Under the pieces are notes generated by a model, which did not search any database, had not been told where the DNA came from, and worked only from the letters and a program-made list of their open reading frames with translations. Below, piece after piece: positions 46,543 to 55,064 of a stretch of DNA of 64,000 nucleotides. Source of the DNA: a virus. Its lineage: Duplodnaviria; Caudoviricetes. The translations under genes were made by a program, and so were the position numbers. Positions within the stretch are counted from its first letter, which is position 1. Each line of letters starts with the position of its first letter. Location of the stretch: IMG/VR virus record IMGVR_UViG_3300021181_000004. The stretch is one strand, 5' to 3'.

Positions 46543-48028
46543 ATTTGACCTCATAGGGTGACGGAGCGGGAGGAAGCGCGGACTCGAATGCACTTCTGAA
46601 ATCAGCTTCATCTAGTTGCCCAATTCTTCCAGATGAGATGTATTCTTCCTTCAATTTCTTTGCGACTCTAGACAATGTTGCTAAGTTGGCATCCTTCCAC
46701 TTCCACGCAGAGGCTTTCAGTTCGGCCAGTTCCTTCTCGGCAGCTTCGGCGCGTTGCTTCCGCCAGTGAAGCGCATTTGCCGCAATGGCAACAACCTCTG
46801 ACGCGGATTCGCTTGTCCAGCGACGGTCACAGGCATCTATTAACGGTTGGAGACCCGCAAAATCCGCCGCAATTACGGTCTGGGCGGGAGAGGCTCCGCA
46901 GTAGGCGGTCAACTTAATACATGACCAGCAATTGTCACAGAATAGTGTGCGATCATAGTCGATGTGTCGTTGCCGGAATTCTGGTGTATATCTATACGGT
47001 GCTTCGTTTTTGACAGCCCAATCGCGCTGATCGAGACACGTCGATCCTTCTGGATAGCCTTGATAGATTATGTTGCAAGGAAACTCTTTTCTCCATTCCT
47101 GTGCGCTCATCTTCGCTGGCGTGCTCTCGGAAAATACATCCTCAACTCGTTGGAATATTTCCTCCTCAGACAATCCTTTCTTCTGCATGGCCGTATGGAT
47201 TATTTCCCACAAACGTTGCGCTCCGACTATTTGAGCATTCCTGCTGGGGTCTTGGACGCCTCCGCCCGGAATGGTTGTCGTGTTATCGCGCGGCGTGCTC
47301 GTGGAAGCTCTTGGAGGATTGAGGCCAATTACGCGCTCCATTGCTTCACTTGGGTCGTCGTCAGGCGTGGAAGCTGGCGCGGGGGATGCGGCTCCTTGGC
47401 AAGTTGGGCAGCGTTTGCACCGTCGCGTGAACTCTGTACCGCACTCGGGATGCTCCCCCTTATGACACTCGCAGGCACAACACTCAGAGACATGTGGCTT
47501 CGAGCGAGGCGTCTCACTGGAGAGCGTAGCCCCGGCCTCAACTTTCTGCCAGCCGTGTTCCCGCAACCATTTGCAGAACTGGTCGTCAATCGTCAGCGAG
47601 GGATCGGTAAGCATCCGGTGGAATAAGTCAGCTTGCCCACGTTTGTAATCTTCACTTTGGGGAGCGACCTCTGCCGCGATGCGCTCGGGCTTCGCGTCGT
47701 GCCAAGGATTATCGCACTTACTACATTCTCGCGTCTGCGGCGTATGTGTGAACGTAAACCATCCGTGCTTGGGCATGCGACAAAAGTATTGCGTGCGACT
47801 ATGGCTTCCGCACGTTGGGCAAATGGCTGTCTCGCTTTCGGAAGCAACGGCGGGGACGGAGGGCCAGAACGGAACGTGGCACATCGTGCACCGCCAAGAG
47901 TCCGAGCAGGTTCCGCCCGGATGCTCAATGCGAACGTACTCTACGTTTCTGTGTGCGCAACACGCCTGCGTTCCTCGCTGCGGTACTTCGTTCTTCATGG
48001 CTTTTCCTCTTCGATCTCTGGCTGCCAA
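46535..48028 (-). CDS. Mosaic hypothetical protein with Cys/His modules
   Basis: 497 aa with several CxxC/CxH modules; region appears more GC-rich than its flanks. Confidence 0.55.
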   Translation of the reverse strand: MAARDRRGKAMKNEVPQRGTQACCAHRNVEYVRIEHPGGTCSDSWRCTMCHVPFWPSVPAVASESETAICPTCGSHSRTQYFCRMPKHGWFTFTHTPQTRECSKCDNPWHDAKPERIAAEVAPQSEDYKRGQADLFHRMLTDPSLTIDDQFCKWLREHGWQKVEAGATLSSETPRSKPHVSECCACECHKGEHPECGTEFTRRCKRCPTCQGAASPAPASTPDDDPSEAMERVIGLNPPRASTSTPRDNTTTIPGGGVQDPSRNAQIVGAQRLWEIIHTAMQKKGLSEEEIFQRVEDVFSESTPAKMSAQEWRKEFPCNIIYQGYPEGSTCLDQRDWAVKNEAPYRYTPEFRQRHIDYDRTLFCDNCWSCIKLTAYCGASPAQTVIAADFAGLQPLIDACDRRWTSESASEVVAIAANALHWRKQRAEAAEKELAELKASAWKWKDANLATLSRVAKKLKEEYISSGRIGQLDEADFRSAFESALPPAPSPYEVKYE

Positions 48029-48204
48029 TTCTTGCAGTTCTGATACTTCGGATGCTCGTTGAGATGTTCCGCGTAGCGAATCACGCTATCCTTCCAGCGT
48101 TCGCATCGTCCGTATTGCTGCGGCTTGCTTCCCTTCTCGCTCGTCTCAGTCAACGCTTTTCTCCATCGCATTTGATCTTTGATGGCACCCATGCCACTTC
48201 GCAA
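47995..48204 (-). CDS. Small Cys-containing hypothetical protein
   Basis: CERW...YQNCKNW; overlaps neighbours. Confidence 0.4.
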   Translation of the reverse strand: MRSGMGAIKDQMRWRKALTETSEKGSKPQQYGRCERWKDSVIRYAEHLNEHPKYQNCKNWQPEIEEEKP

Positions 48205-48377
48205 TCTTGAGGCACTTCTTGTGGAGGAATAACCGTAGCTCCAATACAGTATGATGGATAGACTTCTATATGGGCTTCTTGCACCATACAGTGTTGTTCA
48301 ATCCACGGCCCTAACCAAGTATTATCAGTTGGTGGCGAGACAACACATAACAATGTAACCAATAGCAATCTTTTCAT
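48150..48377 (-). CDS. Small secreted hypothetical protein
   Basis: MKRLLLVTLLCV signal-like start at 48377. Confidence 0.4.
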   Translation of the reverse strand: MKRLLLVTLLCVVSPPTDNTWLGPWIEQHCMVQEAHIEVYPSYCIGATVIPPQEVPQDCEVAWVPSKIKCDGEKR

Positions 48378-48645
48378 CTTCCTCCAGCTTCTCGGAAATA
48401 GCGAAATCATCCTCGATAGCTTTTTGCGCCTCATCGAAACTGCCAAATGGGCCAAACTTTCGTAGGTGCTTGCCCTGCGATTTGCCTCCAACTCCAGGTT
48501 TCAACATACGATAGCCCCAAAAGTTTGATGGAGCTGTCGGCGAATCAGAACGAACAATCTGCGCGATGATTTGGCCCTGCTCATTTCTAGCCGTAAAATA
48601 TTGCGAATTAGCGAATGCCTCTGAACTAGTAAAGTCCATTTCCAT
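48325..48645 (-). CDS. Hypothetical protein
   Basis: 106 aa, FGSFDEAQKAIEDDF motif typical of small phage proteins. Confidence 0.5.
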   Translation of the reverse strand: MEMDFTSSEAFANSQYFTARNEQGQIIAQIVRSDSPTAPSNFWGYRMLKPGVGGKSQGKHLRKFGPFGSFDEAQKAIEDDFAISEKLEEDEKIAIGYIVMCCLATN

Positions 48646-48884
48646 AGAGTCTTCATTTCAGTCTCTTCAACTTCGGAGTTTTACAGCGACACCACAACAC
48701 GGAATTTTGACCGCACTTCTGGCAAACCTTCAAAATATTCCGCTTCACGATTCGTCGCGCCATCACTCCTCCTTGCGTTCCCCGGTTATCCGTCGATGTT
48801 CTGCCGGGAGTCTCGTATCAGCACTTGCACACGTTTTATGCGGTTAATTTCGTTCATGGTGGGACTGCCGCACACTGCACTGTT

Positions 48885-49472
48885 TTAGAAAGCGCCCCTA
48901 GGTTTGAAAGTGCCCCAGTAGGTCTTGGAATCCCCAAGAATCCCCTGCCACGCTGAGTCAAACTGGCAATTGGGCGAAGCATCCATAAACAGCGGAGCCA
49001 CTTCTGATGCTGCCCAGCCACCCAGACCGCAACCAAGTTGTGTGATCTTGAAGGTCAGTTCAGGGTGATGGGCCGCGTAGAGAAGGAAGCATTCCGTATA
49101 AAAACGAAGATCTGCTTCAGAGACCTTCACACGAGGCTCAGAAACTGTTGGGACAGCGAAAGAGTTACCCTGCGGCCCGAAACCTTGGCCGTAAATAGCC
49201 CCATAATTGTCCAGTGCAGTCCTAGCCGCGCCTGCTCCGTGTCTCCCTATACAATTTGAACCAAACACGAAAATTTCCTTCGACGGTGAATCACTTAAAC
49301 CCAGATTGGCGTCCTGCAGATTTGTGACGTCCTGCAGATTTGTGACGTCCTGCAGATTTGTGACGTCCTGCAGATTTGTGACGTCCTGCAGATTTGTGAC
49401 GTCCTGCAGATAGTCGGGTGCACTCGTAAGTAAATCCTGAGGATTAACTGCGTGGTCGTTCAGTGGTGTCAT
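48885..49472 (-). CDS. Macrodomain-like (A1S_2505-type) phage protein
   Basis: EIFVFGSN..GRHGAGAA..A...GA.YG...G.QG.SFAVPT...FKITQLGCGLGG. Confidence 0.8.
   Translation of the reverse strand: MTPLNDHAVNPQDLLTSAPDYLQDVTNLQDVTNLQDVTNLQDVTNLQDVTNLQDANLGLSDSPSKEIFVFGSNCIGRHGAGAARTALDNYGAIYGQGFGPQGNSFAVPTVSEPRVKVSEADLRFYTECFLLYAAHHPELTFKITQLGCGLGGWAASEVAPLFMDASPNCQFDSAWQGILGDSKTYWGTFKPRGAF
49311..49411. repeat. 18-bp tandem repeat x5.6
   Basis: gtcctgcagatttgtgac in identical copies; encodes (DVTNLQ)n in frame. Confidence 0.95.
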
Positions 49473-49490
49473 ATTTTCTCCTATTGAATT

Positions 49491-49916
49491 CTACTGTGAA
49501 ATTTCGGCATTCGGGTATTTAGCCTGTAAATTTTTCAGTTGTTCTTTCTCGCGCTTTTGTACTTCCGCTAACCGTTTAGTTTCATTTTGGAGTTTCTTCT
49601 CTGTTTCTTGACGTTGATACTCCACTTCTTTGGCGTCGGCCATCGATTTTGCCCCCGCTTGAATCTCGTTCTGAACTACGTCGGTGTCCCAATCAGAGTC
49701 TGCACCTGTCTCACCATTAAACAAGAAAGTAATATCATAACTAGACTCTCCATGACCTCTGTGCATATCCTTGAACAAGAAGTCAGAAAGAAATTTAGCC
49801 GCTTCATGGCGATCCATGGTCGACTTGAACTCAAATTCTGAGCCGTAACGAGCCGTGACGCAGCCTCGGCAGGTGTCCTCTGAGTCGGATTTGTAAGCAA
49901 GAATAGTGATGATCAT
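49491..49916 (-). CDS. Hypothetical protein
   Basis: 141 aa, DYCRGC-like EDTCRGC motif, coiled-coil end. Confidence 0.6.
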   Translation of the reverse strand: MIITILAYKSDSEDTCRGCVTARYGSEFEFKSTMDRHEAAKFLSDFLFKDMHRGHGESSYDITFLFNGETGADSDWDTDVVQNEIQAGAKSMADAKEVEYQRQETEKKLQNETKRLAEVQKREKEQLKNLQAKYPNAEISQ

Positions 49917-50099
49917 TTACTTTCCAATTGCTTTCTCGGGCGTCCCGGCGAGTTCATAACCGATCATGGTGACGGCGGACTCCAACTTTTGCATGGTGTA
50001 GAAAAGACCAAGTTCTCCAGCACGGTGTTTTAGCAGTGCGACTTCGCTGGCAAAATCCTTGCGTTGCTGTGCTTTGGACTTATTCATAGGCGGACTCAC
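49917..50099 (-). CDS. Small hypothetical protein
   Basis: 60 aa, coupled to neighbours. Confidence 0.5.
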   Translation of the reverse strand: MSPPMNKSKAQQRKDFASEVALLKHRAGELGLFYTMQKLESAVTMIGYELAGTPEKAIGK

Positions 50100-50568
50100 T
50101 TCGGATGTTGACCTCTATCCCGACTAATCTATTGACCTCAGATTTCTCCAGAGGAAACCAATCCGGCTCTGTGAAGTGCCAACCTTTGGCGTCCTTGTAA
50201 GAGGATTTAAAGCGGATTAGTGAATATCTCTCACTAAGGATTCGATCTATACCGTAGTGCTCGATAAGGATGAGATCATACGGTTGAATCTTGTAATCAG
50301 AACAGAGTTGTGCGGCGATGTATTCTGCCGCATTGGTGATACTGAGTCCCTGGTTTTTCTTAAGTTCGGTTACGATAGCGACAGTGAATTTCTCGCCTCC
50401 ACCCCGAATAAAAAGATCAAGTTGGCAGTGCGCCTTGGAGCGAAAGTATCCAGGGTACTCGTACCAATTATTGGTGGAAGAGGTCATTGGGTTGACACTT
50501 GGGGATAGCCCAAGCATTTCCAGAGTTGGGCCGCTCGGTATAATGTGGTTTCTGTTGTCACTTTCCAT
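50080..50568 (-). CDS. Hypothetical protein
   Basis: IVTELKKNQGLSITNAAEYIA...ILIEHY, a motif recalled from small mobile-element proteins. Confidence 0.6.
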   Translation of the reverse strand: MESDNRNHIIPSGPTLEMLGLSPSVNPMTSSTNNWYEYPGYFRSKAHCQLDLFIRGGGEKFTVAIVTELKKNQGLSITNAAEYIAAQLCSDYKIQPYDLILIEHYGIDRILSERYSLIRFKSSYKDAKGWHFTEPDWFPLEKSEVNRLVGIEVNIRSESAYE

Positions 50569-50594
50569 TAGTGTTCACTCCTCTCTTAGGAAGT

Positions 50595-51332
50595 TCATGT
50601 TATCGGCTCCTCAGGTGCGTGGGCACTGTTGCTTCGTTGTTTAAGTGACGATAGATCAACTGTTGCTTCGTTGTTTAAGTGACGATAGATCAACTGTCCG
50701 ATCTGCTTGGTCTCACGCTGGTAGAACGTGACATAAGTCTTGGTCCGCTTGTACTCAGGCAGCTTGGTGTTCAGGATAACTCGCAACGAATACAGATCAC
50801 CACTGAGCCACCCCTTACGTCCTGCGAGCAGCTGCTCTGCCCCCTTGCGAACTGCCAGCCAGGGAATCCTTGCAGCCATTACATCCTTTTGTGCTTGAGC
50901 CTCTTTTGCGGCTTTCTCTGCTGCCTTACGCTGCTCCCAGAAATCTGCGTGCGCGTGCTTCATCTTCTCCCAAAGTTCGGGATTGTAAGCCTGAAAGTGA
51001 TTGATGCACTCAGAGCCAACCGGAGCTGTGCGTCCATCCGGGTGATGAATAACGAAAACGTAACGGATGGGATGATCGCAGGTGCACTTGCCGGATGGAA
51101 TACCAAGATCGATGACCTCACCGTCGAAAGTCCACTCGCGAACATCGCCGAGGCGAGTTACAAATTTGCGGACGATTTCTTTGAAAACGTCGGGAGCAGG
51201 TCGCATATCTGCACCAGTAAAGTCGTCATCTCGAACCTGCTCGGATTCCCAGAAATCCACTTCATTTTGACGTTCCTGGTTGGGCAGGGCGTCTTCTTCA
51301 AAAAAGACTTCTAAAAGTCGTTCCTGTTCCAT
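50595..51332 (-). CDS. Hypothetical protein with CxC/CxxH motif, C-terminus frameshifted
   Basis: KCTCDHPIRYVFVI...VGSECINHF; ends in a 34-bp duplication. Confidence 0.65.
   Translation of the reverse strand: MEQERLLEVFFEEDALPNQERQNEVDFWESEQVRDDDFTGADMRPAPDVFKEIVRKFVTRLGDVREWTFDGEVIDLGIPSGKCTCDHPIRYVFVIHHPDGRTAPVGSECINHFQAYNPELWEKMKHAHADFWEQRKAAEKAAKEAQAQKDVMAARIPWLAVRKGAEQLLAGRKGWLSGDLYSLRVILNTKLPEYKRTKTYVTFYQRETKQIGQLIYRHLNNEATVDLSSLKQRSNSAHAPEEPIT
50625..50697. repeat. 34-bp tandem duplication
   Basis: actgttgcttcgttgtttaagtgacgatagatca x2 plus actgt. Confidence 0.95.
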
Positions 51333-51522
51333 TGTCTTCCTCCAGATATAAACTACGGAAAAAAGGCAAAATTCGGCTATTCATGTCGGAGTGCCCAATA
51401 GTGATACCAGCGCCAACCGGGGATGGCCGGGTAAGCCGCTTGGTCTTGTCCGTATTGAGCGAATCCGATCTTGTAGCCGTTGTCCAGCCACGCTCGCGCC
51501 TGAGCACATAGGAAGCGAATGA

Positions 51523-52074
51523 TCATAGGCAGGGCCGATCTGACTTGTCCGGGGTCCATAGCGGCAGATAATCAATAAGGCCAATGGTGTCCTCTTTGTG
51601 AATTGGCTCAGTGCCGATAGCGGTCATAATTTTGATGCCGGGGCCATAAGCCTCCTCGTTGTCGTCTTCAAACTCATGAACCGCGATTCCGGCCTTGCGG
51701 AGCAAGTGATTCACGTGAATGAGTTCGTAGCTGTCACGGGTTGCAAGGATAATGCGTGTCATCGGTTTGGGCAAGCTAAACCAAAATTCAGCGAATTTCG
51801 GCTTGGGTGTGGTTAAGAGCAATTCGTCATCCTCACAGGTGTGCTGGTAGATATACTTTTTGAGCATCATCGTAGTCGTGATGTCTACCACGTGGCCAAC
51901 CTGAGCCGCAATACGTCCACTGGGTTGAATAATCGTGTGAGTTTCACCGGGTATCGGGACAACGTACTCGCCATTGGTGTAGAAGTCATGGCGCAGCGGC
52001 GTCTGAACCGTTAGAGCCACGATGATGTAGCAGCGGAAGTCGTCAGGAAAATCGATTTGTGGCTTGTTTCTCAT
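51523..52074 (-). CDS. Peptidyl-tRNA hydrolase type II (Pth2)-like
   Basis: GRIAAQVGH ... RIIL....EL...L...GI...F.D......G....TAIG..P....D.IG..DYLPL; ATGA overlap gives start 52074. Confidence 0.75.
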   Translation of the reverse strand: MRNKPQIDFPDDFRCYIIVALTVQTPLRHDFYTNGEYVVPIPGETHTIIQPSGRIAAQVGHVVDITTTMMLKKYIYQHTCEDDELLLTTPKPKFAEFWFSLPKPMTRIILATRDSYELIHVNHLLRKAGIAVHEFEDDNEEAYGPGIKIMTAIGTEPIHKEDTIGLIDYLPLWTPDKSDRPCL

Positions 52075-52523
52075 ATCAGGGTTGCTTCCCAATCGTGCAA
52101 TCGCTTCTCCCATGTCCCTATCCACCACTCAGGTGTCCTATGGAGATATTCGCGGTTATGTTCGATTATCTCAGCGATCATCTCTTTGAACGCCTTTTTC
52201 AATTCGCACTCCGCGTAGACTCGGCGCTTCACGTCGTCAGGAACACAAGTGTTCGCGTCAGTCTTTTCCACCTGCCTAGTACGCTTCTGTTTTGGTATGT
52301 CATGAAAGCCTGGGCGATTCCAAAATTCTTCGGCGTAGCCCAGCATTTCATTGAATCCGTGGATGCCTGTAATGAGGCCAGCAATCATTGCAGAAGTGGC
52401 GTTACCGTCGCAGCGAATATCCTTCACGGAACGAGTATCATCTGCCCAGATAATGATCACGTCTACGCCAAGGCGTTCGATACTTCGGTCACTGACTTTC
52501 CACTCTAGCCCTTTGATTTCCAT
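52071..52523 (-). CDS. Hypothetical protein
   Basis: 150 aa, AGGAG SD. Confidence 0.55.
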   Translation of the reverse strand: MEIKGLEWKVSDRSIERLGVDVIIIWADDTRSVKDIRCDGNATSAMIAGLITGIHGFNEMLGYAEEFWNRPGFHDIPKQKRTRQVEKTDANTCVPDDVKRRVYAECELKKAFKEMIAEIIEHNREYLHRTPEWWIGTWEKRLHDWEATLI

Positions 52524-52702
52524 GTCGAACTCCTAAGAAAAATCTGGACTGGTGAGTCGCGGTCACCAGTCCAGCCCGAAAGGAGAGTACTTGGAGGGAA
52601 CGCTCGCATTCGGAAACTTTTAAGGGCGAAGCCCATGGTAGATGGGAAAATGCTCTTCTCAGAATCTTTCCCACAAGCCTTTGGTACTTCGCTTCGCCCA
52701 AC

Positions 52703-53605
52703 TTATTTGCCAGCTGTCGCCTTTTTGCTAGCTGGAGCCGCTGCCAATGAAGCCTTCAGAGCCGCCATCAGATCCACCGTGGTACTGGGAACCGCAGCAA
52801 CTTCCGGCGTCGGAACCGCAACGCCAGCCGACTTGGCTTCGAGCATCCGACGCACATTCTTCAGGAAACGATCTTCTGTGGCCGGAGTGAACTTTGCTTC
52901 GTACCGCTCAATCAGAGTGGCTGCGAGTTCGACTTCCTCGCCGCTGACCGCAACCGATTGCCACTTGTTGAACGACCGAACTTCATAGTCCGCGAACAAA
53001 AATGAGATCGCGATGCCATTTGCGCCGTAAGGCCGCGCCACGAACACCTGCTCGCGTCCACCCTTCACGCGGGTGCCCTTGGCAACCTTGCCAGTCTGCT
53101 TCATGCCGGCAAGCAACAGGGCAAAAGGCTTCTCGCCACCCTTGTCCGGCGCGATGAATTCGGTAGATTCATAGAAGACCGGATCGATTTCCATTGCGTC
53201 AATGAACTCAGTCAAGGTCATGTTCTCTTCCTTGGCTGGCTTTTGAGCGTCGATTTCGGTCTGGGTCACGGTGATGAACTTGTCGCCGACTTTGAAACCT
53301 TTTAGAATGTTCGCTTTCTCGACCGGAGTGTTGGTGGTCGGGTCGGTCATCGCGCCCTGTTTCAACTGCACGATGGTGCCGTCAGCGTGCTTGACAACCT
53401 GATTGAAGCTGACGGTGTCAGCATCGGTTGCCTTGTAAGTCTTGACAGGGAATGTCATAAGAGAGAAGGCAGTCAAAGTACCAACAAATGTGGATGTCTT
53501 CGCTTCTTTGCGAACCGGGGTCAGGTCAATGGTTGGGTTGGCAACTACCGCCGCCAACGCTGCGCTCGCATCTGCTACCTTGTCGGCTTTGCTTTGTTTG
53601 CTCAT
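52703..53605 (-). CDS. ku: Ku (NHEJ DNA end-binding) protein
   Basis: FPVKTYKAT...VSFNQV...KGF...EFI...IDPVFYE...APDKGGEKPFALL...EVELA..LI...DLMAALKASL. Confidence 0.9.
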   Translation of the reverse strand: MSKQSKADKVADASAALAAVVANPTIDLTPVRKEAKTSTFVGTLTAFSLMTFPVKTYKATDADTVSFNQVVKHADGTIVQLKQGAMTDPTTNTPVEKANILKGFKVGDKFITVTQTEIDAQKPAKEENMTLTEFIDAMEIDPVFYESTEFIAPDKGGEKPFALLLAGMKQTGKVAKGTRVKGGREQVFVARPYGANGIAISFLFADYEVRSFNKWQSVAVSGEEVELAATLIERYEAKFTPATEDRFLKNVRRMLEAKSAGVAVPTPEVAAVPSTTVDLMAALKASLAAAPASKKATAGK

Positions 53606-53739
53606 GTTAGAATCTACGGGACATCTCTATAAATCAGGTACTGTTCAGAAAAAGAAACGGCCAGCCGTTAGGATTTCGGCTGGCCGTATGGAGCCGCTGG
53701 AGAGAAGACTTTGGAGGCGGCTCCTATCTGTTGGCGAAG

Positions 53740-55050
53740 TTAATCCTCGTCCTCATCCTCGCCGTACTCATCACCATACCCGTTGTCAACCCCGTACTCA
53801 TCCTCATCTACAGTGTTGTAAGCCGGATTAGGATACCATACCCCAGTAGAATCTCCGGCTGCTGACGCTGCCATCGTCCGGCAGATATATGGCTTGCTCG
53901 GTTGAGGGAAAGACAGACCAGCATGCTGACCTGTTAGGTTCTGAATCGCCTGCAAGAAGTTGTCAATCGACTCTTGCTTCGGGTTCGGAGCGTGTTCAGC
54001 CGCCCAGACCGCCTTGGGAGTCATGCCCAATTCCTTAGCGATATCCTTAAGTTCGACACCAGCCGCTTCGCGGAACTGCTTCAAAGGATTCTTGAGCAAC
54101 ACCGTAGTCGGCTTGTAGTCGACGACTTCCAGGTTAGGCAGCTTGGCCGCCATCTTCTGGAGACGTCCCAGGGTCTGCTTCACAATCGTGCTCTTCTTGA
54201 TCTTACCCTTGCGAATCTGGTACTTGGTGCGCGGGTGAGATAAGACGAACTTCAGAATCGCGTTGCGTTCCTTGGCGACGTTGACTACCACCTGCACCAT
54301 CTCCGGGTGATCCTGCAATTCCTGAGCCGACTCAATGGTGAACAGTTCCTTCACCACTTCGTAGAACCAGGTACGACCCTTTAGCGTGTTCTTGTACTCA
54401 GGGATGGCCACAACGTCACGCGGATTGATTTTGATCATAACCACGCGATTTCCCTGAGAACCAAATCCGCCCTTTATGTAGTCCAGAGCCGCAAAGTGGA
54501 AACCGCTTGAGCAAGCCACGCGGGTGCTCTTGTCCACGTTCTTACGGGGCATGGCTGGGGTTTCGCCAGGTTCATTGTTTACTGTACCAGTGTGACAATC
54601 CGTATAGTCAGACTTGATGCACTTGTAGGCCAGGAAGCATCCATCGTCGGTAATGGGCATGTTGGAGATTTCCAGGAATTCCAGTATTTCCGGGATCGTC
54701 TTCGGATCGGGATTCTGGTACAGGTTGTTGGAGAACTTGAGCAGGCTGGGCAAATCCTTCGTTTCGCCCCGACGGAGCATTTCCTGCATCTTGGTAGCCA
54801 GGTATCCTTCCATCTTGACACCCTTGTAGTAAGGAATGCCACGCTCAATGGTGACTTTGCCATGAGTCTGGTAACCAAGCTGCTTCGCCAAATTGATCAG
54901 GTGGGGAACACGTGCCCACTGCTTGCGTTCCAATGCACGCTTCATCGCGGGGAAGGTCTGGTGAGATGCTTCCAGCGCGTAAGCGCCAACTCCAGGCAGA
55001 ATGACGTGGACGAAATTATCACCCATCGTGTACTTCACTGCTTGTGCCAT
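53740..55050 (-). CDS. rIIB: rIIB-like protein with C-terminal XRE-type HTH
   Basis: NLYQNP...LEFLE....PITDDGCFLAYK...R..V......CSSGFH.A..Y...F......V..K.NPRDVVAIP. Confidence 0.85.
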   Translation of the reverse strand: MAQAVKYTMGDNFVHVILPGVGAYALEASHQTFPAMKRALERKQWARVPHLINLAKQLGYQTHGKVTIERGIPYYKGVKMEGYLATKMQEMLRRGETKDLPSLLKFSNNLYQNPDPKTIPEILEFLEISNMPITDDGCFLAYKCIKSDYTDCHTGTVNNEPGETPAMPRKNVDKSTRVACSSGFHFAALDYIKGGFGSQGNRVVMIKINPRDVVAIPEYKNTLKGRTWFYEVVKELFTIESAQELQDHPEMVQVVVNVAKERNAILKFVLSHPRTKYQIRKGKIKKSTIVKQTLGRLQKMAAKLPNLEVVDYKPTTVLLKNPLKQFREAAGVELKDIAKELGMTPKAVWAAEHAPNPKQESIDNFLQAIQNLTGQHAGLSFPQPSKPYICRTMAASAAGDSTGVWYPNPAYNTVDEDEYGVDNGYGDEYGEDEDED

Positions 55051-55064
55051 ATGCTTCTCTCCTT

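Noticed and set aside
49311-49411. CRISPR array
   Set aside because: Units are contiguous with no spacers and in frame within a CDS; no cas genes seen.
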